Source: Octopus vulgaris (Eukaryota). From it: a stretch of DNA of 64,000 nt. The notes below the pieces were generated by a model. The model was not told the DNA's origin. It ran no database searches and saw only the letters and a list, made by a program, of their open reading frames with translations. The position numbers and the translations under genes were made by a program. Location of the stretch: contig OX597819.1 of the NCBI GenBank assembly GCA_951406725.2, forward strand, positions 23,002,001 to 23,066,000, read 5' to 3'. Positions 57,201 to 64,000 of the stretch are shown piece by piece. How positions within the stretch are numbered: position 1 is the first letter of the stretch; each line of letters starts with the position of its first letter.

Positions 57201-57651
57201 CTAGATGCGTGTCCAAGGTAGCGTTCCAATCCCCTACTAACAGTAAAGGTCTAGACGTACCCAGGAAAACCTCTAGACGTCTGAAGAAATCCGCCCGACC
57301 CGTTAAGGACGGTGCATAAACTGCCATCAGACGGAATGCACACCCATTTCTGCCATCCACGTCCAAGACAACCAGCCTACCCTCCGGATCTAGGAATATT
57401 GCTCTTACTTTTACCTTTAGACTCTTTCGAAAAAGCACCGCAGTACCTCCACCACCCATGTTCGGCAGACAGGGAGAAAAATAAATGTCAAATTGATTGC
57501 CAAACATGGACTCGAGGGCCCGCGGCTTGCTGAGTCTGGTTTCGCTGATAGCTACTATATCCACGTCCAGTGACTTGATGTCGTTTAGAAGGTAACCTTG
57601 CTTCCAAGCCGACGCCAAGCCACGCGCATTCACACAACCTAATTTAAGCAT
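54211..57651 (-). CDS. Tx1-type ORF2: APE endonuclease, reverse transcriptase and C-terminal CCHC zinc motif
   Basis: Uninterrupted frame with VNARGL, ISET, GDWN, YLDRI, YTDH, KSPGLDGLP, FRPITLLN, LDQSKAFDRVDH, VRQGCPLS, YADD and CPRC...ETVLHALVQC. Confidence 0.97.
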   Translation of the reverse strand: MLKLGCVNARGLASAWKQGYLLNDIKSLDVDIVAISETRLSKPRALESMFGNQFDIYFSPCLPNMGGGGTAVLFRKSLKVKVRAIFLDPEGRLVVLDVDGRNGCAFRLMAVYAPSLTGRADFFRRLEVFLGTSRPLLLVGDWNATLDTHLDYVGRDRNRRGCKSLKDLLRRFHLSDRFRLDHPNVPTWTWTNRVGSSRSYLDRILCRTADRDSVGCPQFKIVSYTDHKFVTCTLDLDKTHRQGPGYWKLNTSLLARQVYRNRISELIKRALTGAVVNNRWWYALKMAIKSESIRFSKELAIERNRVEGDLVKKLEEALTTGSATNVLAARMALDQHLNAKHEGCVVRAKMRALRNEGIEAAREARVAEAQRGNRSTIRSLIDQQGCSLLEPERMCEAFQQHFARLFGASGGSERGMDFSAYLTDLPRLSPREAECCESPITAADVWDAMAGCARDKSPGLDGLPYELYCRVPDLFGDLLASVYCNWQQNGRIPGFVSRGAVTLLKKDSNKGNFIDNFRPITLLNADLKILAKVIAERLALVIGKLVDRAQTCAVPGRTIHDNLHLMRYIVDRVVKDPGMGGALINLDQSKAFDRVDHRYLAAVLRAAGFGPVFRGWIAALYSGIRSVIRVNGHLSKPFDITRSVRQGCPLSALLYVLTLEPLLRKLATLRGIPRELGCGTSVSAYADDVTVIVSSYQHIELVGETLRKYETVTGAKINPEKSVGLLLGTWRSKPMPSDCGSVVGRWTDGPVKLLGVWFSPDLQMDKNWDEITSRVVALSQTWAERKLSLKGRAEVANAYIASVIDYRLTVVPCPDATITKLERILFRFLWKGGVPMVRKSICCQHPLNGGLGMPWLMMRRHALRLRHLWKFIDDGEQVWAPFVRRDFPQLVSLTELQTWIKKRPKLGDWHRECRQALQQLCRPGSNLCNFQTTKAFYRGLVEGRSDDTLGANLGVDEEFLTRLFRTTFRPGPMDNFQKSLAWQCYRDALPVREKSYRHGSKTITGPTCPRCGQSDETVLHALVQCPDISELWSFVEQLLSRVDQARLSAESIVNIVPPPSFKREGKTVFVTLMAMAKECVWWTRLKGLQTNTFLSGQSLVNFFKYHLKRRMRIERKALSNECFNKKWVKVAKMVSMKDDTILSINL

Positions 57652-57739
57652 ACTTGACAATTATGAAAATTGTGTTTTACACACTATATTAGAAGAGACA
57701 AGAGGCAAGAAGTGAGGTCACTTACTCATTTTAAAAGTT

Positions 57740-59593
57740 TCATTTTTTTCTTCTTCTTTTGTATCGTTTTTGATGAGGTGTTTGTATAGTTTTTTTTGAC
57801 AGGTATCGTTGATACCCGCCTACCGCATTCGGAAATAATGTTTTCAGTATGTGGTGTTGTGCTTGTGTTATGTGTAAAATTCTGATGTGTTTCGGTGGTG
57901 TGGTGTGCGGATGATTGTTTGTCTTAAAATCATCTTCACAGACGACCATGTTAGATTTGATGTAGTCCATTAATTCTTTATTGTCTGTGTCTATTGCAGT
58001 TAGTTGTGTGTGTGGTTTTACGGGTTCATTACTTTTTTGATTGTCTAGGGGAATGTTGTCCTGAGTGAGATATCTCCCTGCTTTAATTCCTTGTTTGGTG
58101 GATTTTTTGGATCTTTTTCTTTTACCCCTGTGGCTATTTGCCATTCCGTCGAACTTTCGTCGTCCGAGGTATCAGTATGGGGTAGAGGAAAAAGAACAGG
58201 ATCACTATGTATGCTTGTATAAATTGTTGATGTTTTGTGCGGTGTTTGTGTTGTTGTGGTGTTAGGGGTAGCATTTGTCTTCTCGTCAGTGTTTTCTGTC
58301 TTTTTAATTGTCGTCCTGGGTGTGGGTGTGGGTCGATTTTTTGAAGATTCAACAAGTTTAATTGGTTGTGACGTCAACGGTGATTGAGTTGGTACTGTTT
58401 TTCTTGGTGATGTTGTTGGGGTTCGTTGTTTTTCTTTGCGGTGTTCCATAATTGAGTGTGTTGGTGTTGGTGTTGGCAACAAAGGGATTTTATTTGTTTT
58501 CTGAATTGTTCTGTCTTGTTTTTTCTGTACCAGATCGCACTTGGCAATCAAATGTTCGGGGCTGCCACATTTGTAGCATCTAGGCTTTTTGCCTTCTGCC
58601 ATAACATATAGGCATTGCCCATTCTCCAAGTATATCTTGTCGGGTAGGCTCTCGATAGAAGCCCCCTCAATCTGGATGGTCACAACTACTGTTTTTCCAC
58701 CCCAATTGTCGTTTAGGTACACGGCTGTTTCTAGAATATTGATCTTTTTCAAGTGGTAACAGATTGCCCCTGTTATCCATTTGTTCGGCATATCGGGGGG
58801 TACATTTCTGATAGTAATTCTACTCACCCTCTGGTTTTTATAATAAGGGACCATGATGATTTCATCATTTCCCAGAGACTCAGTAGAGTGAGCTTTTGCC
58901 ACTTCCTGGTTAGGGAAGCGGACCACTACTGTGTTAAACTGTGGACCCCAGTTTATATACTCTTTTTCTTTCATTATATTTTTTAAACATTTCTCCACAT
59001 CAGTTTTTGTAATCTGTTCATTTGGTTTTTTGTTTTTTCTAATAATTTTATATACAATTGTCTTATTTTCAATTTCTTGTTTTATATGTTGAGGTGTATG
59101 CAGGACTAAATCTTGTCCACGGGTTGTAAAGAGAGCTCTTGTTTCTATGAGCTCTTCATTTGTGAATGTAAAAATCTCCTTTTTCTGGCGAAGAATATCT
59201 GCGAAATTTACTGTTGTTGACTTTTTTGTATTGGCATCTTCACTATTAGATAGTTCATTTTTATTGTTGTTCTTGTTGTTGCTGTTGTTTTTGTCAATAG
59301 TTTTCGTTTCAGTTTTATTTTTATCATTTATGTTGGTCGTGGTAGCGGTGGTGGTGGTGGTGGTAGAGGTGGTGGTGGTAGCAGTTGTTGTCTCGTGGTT
59401 GCTGTTGTTAGTGGTGGTGGTGGCGGTGGTGACAGGGCTGTTAACGCACGTGGTTGCAGCGTTCCTTTCACCGAATTTCACGTTGGCATTTTCCGTGCGA
59501 ACGTTCTTTTTTTTTCTCTGTCGTTTCGAGACTAGGAAAATGTTGTTCCAAAAAAGAACGCGACCAGCGTTCAACAATAAAATTTCTAGACAT
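57740..59593 (-). CDS. Tx1-type ORF1 (RRM-like region and zinc knuckle), apparently with two 1-bp homopolymer frameshifts
   Basis: Contains CYKCGSPEHLIAKC (CX2CX4HX4C) and ITIRNVPPDMPNKWI. The ATG at 59593 joins the long frame if the A9 run near 59510 is A8. The basic tail 57740-58125 joins if the G4 near 58126 is G5 (inference). Confidence 0.8.
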
Positions 59594-59793
59594 TTTCTAA
59601 TGTCGAGAAGAAAATAATAGAAATGAAATGGGGTCGAAACTGCCCCTAGGGGCGAATTCCTCCCTTGGAAAAGCACTCAAATGAAAGTTGGTTGCCTTAC
59701 ACACCTTATTTGCAAAAATCTACACAAAAATTGGCCTATAAATAGTCAAAATAAATGATTACCTTCGGAGCTGAAACGACATCACATCCGTCA

Positions 59794-59887
<94 letters not shown>

Positions 59888-59908
59888 GGATGGATGGATG
59901 GATGGATG

Positions 59909-59998
<90 letters not shown>

Positions 59999-60054
59999 CA
60001 GATAGATAGACAGATGGACAGGTAGATAGCTTCGTTACATAAATTACATATATA

Positions 60055-61673
60055 CAGTGGCGGCCAAAATGTTCAGAACGGCATTATTTTCGCCAGAAAA
60101 GTAGATATAATTGTATATCAAAGTTGTTTTATATTCTAGACAATGAATACGATATTATTTGTTATTGCCTGAGATTTTGGTGTAATTTGAGAGGATAATA
60201 CAAAAGTTATGGATGATTTAGTGATTTACTGCAAAACCCATGGCGGCCAAAATGATCAGAACGGGTGCTTTTACTCCGTGTTTTAGTATATTTAACAGAC
60301 GAACTCTAATGTTTAGAATTTGTTTACGTGACGGTTCGTTTACTAAACATTAGTAAGAATATTTGCAGTGTACTTTGTTAATATAATGTCACTTACTCCG
60401 TTACCAATTCGTCAGCAGATTATTAAGCTTCGAAGGAAGGATAATTTAAGTATTGAATCTATTGCAAAGATCGTTAACCAGTCAAAAAGTGTTGTACACG
60501 GTATTCTTAAGGTCTACGATTATTGTGGTTCGTGTGAAGCAAGAAGGTTTACAGGTAGGCCAAGAAAAACGACCAAGAGAGAAGATCGTGCTATGGTAAA
60601 GTTGGTTAAAATGGACAGATTCAAAACTGCTGCTGCTGTTTCTCGGAAAATTAGCATTGTATTGAAGAAAACTTTATCTCGAAAAACTGTGTCTCGTCGT
60701 TTAGTTGAACATGACCCACAAGCAAGAGCACCTGCAGTGAAGCCACTGATCAGCTCCAAGAATAAAAAGTGCCGTCTTACCTTTGCAACCGAACATGTGT
60801 TGTGGTCTCAAGAAAAATGGCAAACGGTGCATTTCAGTGATGAATCTAAGTTTATGTTATTAGGCTCAGATGGGAAAAGGTACGTTCGTAGAAAAGTAGG
60901 TGAAAAATTGTCGCCTAAATGCCTTAAGACTAGTGTTATATTCGGTGGAGGAAGTGTCATGGTTTGGGGGATGATATCTGGAGATGGTGTGGGCCCTTTG
61001 GTGCGATTACATGGAAAGGTAAATGCAGGAGTTTATAAACAACTTGTAAAAGATCATGTCTTGCCTGTGCTGAGAAATTCAACTAAGCGACCACCCATAT
61101 TCATGCAGGACAATACCCCATGTCACAAGGCTAAGGTGGTCATGAACTTCCTCAAGGCTGAAAAGGTTATTATTATGGATTGGCCAGCTCAAAGCCCAGA
61201 TCTCAATCCTATTGAAAATGTATGGAATATTCTAGGAGAACGTTCGAAACCCAGAAATCCTAAAACAACCGAGCAATTATGGAATGCCCTTCAGGAAGAA
61301 TGGAATAAGATCACCCAGCAAGAAATTGAAAATTTAATTTCCTCATGCAGTCGAAGATGTCAGAGTGTGAGTGAAGCTAAAGAGCTTTCACACTAAATAT
61401 TAAATAATTCCAATATTCTCTGTAATTTTTGATTATTTTGTTATTTTTTCAACCGTTCTGATCATTTTGGCAGCCATGGGTTTTGCAGTAAATCACTAAA
61501 TCATCTATAACTTTTGTATTATCCTCTCAAATTACACCAAAATCTCAGACAATAACGATTAATATCTTATTTATTGTCTGTGAAAATTATAGAAAATAAA
61601 ACTACTTTGATAAAAACTTATACCTACCTTTCTGACGAAAACAATGCTGTTCTGAACATTTTGGCCACAACTG
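60055..61673 (+). mobile_element. Tc1-family DNA transposon with IR/DR-type long TIRs and TA TSD
   Basis: TA-CAGTGGCGGCCAAAATGTTCAGAAC ... GTTCTGAACATTTTGGCCACAACTG-TA. TIRs ~60055-60264 and 61453-61673, with an inner direct repeat TGGCGGCCAAAATGATCAGAAC. Confidence 0.95.
60386..61396 (+). CDS. Tc1 transposase, DD34E
   Basis: Contains GRPRKTT, FSDESKF, VMVWG, FMQDN..(34 aa)..SPDLNPIENVW. The C-terminus is probably frameshifted (AKELSH versus AKGFHTKY). Confidence 0.92.
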   Translation: MSLTPLPIRQQIIKLRRKDNLSIESIAKIVNQSKSVVHGILKVYDYCGSCEARRFTGRPRKTTKREDRAMVKLVKMDRFKTAAAVSRKISIVLKKTLSRKTVSRRLVEHDPQARAPAVKPLISSKNKKCRLTFATEHVLWSQEKWQTVHFSDESKFMLLGSDGKRYVRRKVGEKLSPKCLKTSVIFGGGSVMVWGMISGDGVGPLVRLHGKVNAGVYKQLVKDHVLPVLRNSTKRPPIFMQDNTPCHKAKVVMNFLKAEKVIIMDWPAQSPDLNPIENVWNILGERSKPRNPKTTEQLWNALQEEWNKITQQEIENLISSCSRRCQSVSEAKELSH

Positions 61674-62825
61674 TACATGTATTGATGTAGTTTACGTATA
61701 TGTGTGTATGTCTATGTATGTGCTATGTTGCGTGTGTGCATGAATAGATACTTAAATGGGTAAATACAAGCATATATATATACATCAGGGAGAGAGGGAG
61801 AGGGAGACGGAACAAAATGCTCATGTATATGTATTTTTTATTCTATACTTTTGTAGTGTAAGAATTTATTATTCTTAGTTAAAAAATATTATTGAAAACA
61901 TATATATATATATAATCCAGTGTTTCAAATCCGAGTTTGTCCCACGTTAACGGGGTTGGCCGGATCTGCTTCAATGACTTAGCAACCGAGGTAGGCAGGT
62001 GCAGCACATCCCAGCCTTTGAGCTGGCTTGTGCTCATTACCCTTTGCTATCATGAAGCTCTTTTACAGCTGGGTTTTCTACATGGAGTATACCTTTGCTT
62101 ACCCCCAACCTCAGGTTTTACACATTTTTACACCACGTTTTTTAAGAAATGTAGTGGAAAACTAGCTCATGAAGGCAAGGACGCTACTCCCTGAGTCCCC
62201 TTTCGGATCCCCCAATTCATATATGAGTAACAAAAATGTACAAGTGTCAATTCAATTCCCACAATTGCAAGCGGCTTTAAATGATTAATGAAAACATTAC
62301 ACAAATTCGAGAGCAGTCGTTCTCGTCACATGACCGCATAAACTTCAAACTTCAAACAAATGTCTTATCTGTTTCTGTCTCAGTATACATTCGGTAGCTT
62401 TTTTCCAGTAGCTTAATAACAGCACTGACGCCTCCAAGATTGAGTGGTTTCAATGATCATGACGCGAAACTACTATGATATTTTGGCTCGTTGACTAGAG
62501 AGGAAAACTCAGCTGCGAATATAACGTGTATCGTGTTTTCTTCTAATTTGCCGTCTGCTCTGCCTTCGTCTAACTTTTTTCTCCTTGTGTTCTGTCTGTT
62601 CAATCCTTGACACATCCACGTAGCGCAAAGCACACGTTGTTTGTTTAGTTTATTATAAGAATTATTCCTTGAATATTTATCGTGCGTCTCTTAATTCTCT
62701 TTACTCTTACGCTATCTATTTCCACCTCTATTCTTACTGTATCTCTTTCTCCACTTTTACTCTCTCTCTCTCTCTTTCCGCCTTTGCTTCCCACCCTGGT
62801 ACATTTCTCTCAGTTCCCTCTCTTT

Positions 62826-62901
62826 CTGGCCAGATAACTGAAGAGATGGTGGTGTGGGTTTCCACCTCGGCATCCGAAGTTCAAAGTTTTATCTTGGCTA
62901 G
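62826..62901 (+). ncRNA. Degenerate hammerhead-like motif with long stem I
   Basis: CTGGCCAGATAA-CTGAAGA-GATG...CATC-CGAAG...TTATCTTGGCTAG. The GAAA segment is damaged; follows a CT-rich region and precedes (TA)n. Confidence 0.5.
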
Positions 62902-62938
62902 CGAATAATTGTCACATATTATATTTACATATATATGC

Positions 62939-63107
<169 letters not shown>

Positions 63108-63530
63108 TACATATGTATATGTGTGTGTGTGTGTGTGTCCGCGTGTGTGAAATGTTTATCCTCCCCGGACCCTAATTCTCTTTTACCATCTGGTGATGCA
63201 GCGCAGTCGAGAAACTTCTTTTACCAAACAACTATAACTCTCTGCGCATGCGATCAGACATTAAAATATCTGAAATATCGGGAATCAGATCTTGTTAGCT
63301 ACATTAAACATTAGAAGGTAATGTTTTAGGATTTTCTTCCGTATTGATTTCCTGTCATATGCAATGATCCAGCCAGGTCCACATCTATCTGGTTTTGTGA
63401 TATCTCTCCTCGAGGAAGTGAATCAACAAGCTTGTAATATAACACTCGTCGTCTATTCTACATGCACCACCTTATAATCTATACGCATATATGCAGACAC
63501 TGAGACGCATCTACGCAGGTGCGTCAACGA

Positions 63531-63595
<65 letters not shown>

Positions 63596-63630
63596 TTATG
63601 CATGTATCTATGTGAATATATAAAAACATA

Positions 63631-63681
<51 letters not shown>

Positions 63682-63853
63682 GAATTTATATATGTGTGTG
63701 TGCACGCGCACGTGTGTGTACATAAGTAGATATATATATATATCATATACTGAGATCTATATAATCGATATGATTACATATTTACACTCCCCAGTCTCTC
63801 ACACTCACAATCAATTTATGTTTGCATACACACACACGTAAACATCACACACG

Positions 63854-63884
<31 letters not shown>

Positions 63885-64000
63885 CTATATATATATATAT
63901 ATATGTATGTATATATATATGTATAGATACACATATACATCTGATTGTGTCTACCTGCATTTGTGTGTGTGCGCGCGCATTTGTCTGTGCGTGTGTGTGT

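Larger units (their letters stand above)
53916..59794 (-). mobile_element. Full-length L1/Tx1-clade non-LTR retrotransposon within (GATA)n
   Basis: Two ORFs, short 5' and 3' UTRs, AATAAA at the 3' end without a poly(A) run. (GATA)n lies immediately on both sides (53761-53915; 59795-60010). Confidence 0.95.

Noticed and set aside
54467-57533. Short overlapping and antisense ORFs inside Tx1 ORF2
   Set aside because: Expected by-products of a GC-rich coding region, with no motifs.
61915-62200. Possible RTE 5' UTR or HDV-like ribozyme fragment
   Set aside because: Only vague motif similarity; no fold could be built.

Overview
AT-rich, microsatellite-saturated animal non-coding DNA. The repeat repertoire looks like an octopus/cephalopod genome (inference). 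No host gene can be identified with confidence, only one or two weak exon candidates. Almost all long ORFs in the track are either translated microsatellites or transposon pieces. Recognisable content: (1) a full-length L1/Tx1-clade LINE (53916-59794, minus) with an intact 1149-aa APE-RT ORF2, embedded in a (GATA)n tract, plus an older decayed relative at ~43.9-47.1 kb; (2) an IR/DR-type Tc1 (DD34E) transposon (60055-61673); (3) a 5-kb inverted-repeat structure (17846-22802) centred on a Penelope-like GIY-YIG fragment, with a solo LTR in one arm; (4) several Penelope-like remnants and about a dozen minimal hammerhead-ribozyme-like motifs, often in fold-back units next to (TA)n; (5) R4/Dong and RTE LINE fragments; (6) three tRNA-headed SINE families. 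The most interesting signal is that one SINE variant shares its 3' stem-loop tail with the Tx1 LINE and repeatedly joins the head of other SINE copies at the same position. This suggests a Tx1-mobilised, self-targeting SINE system. Coordinates were read by eye and may be off by a few bases.
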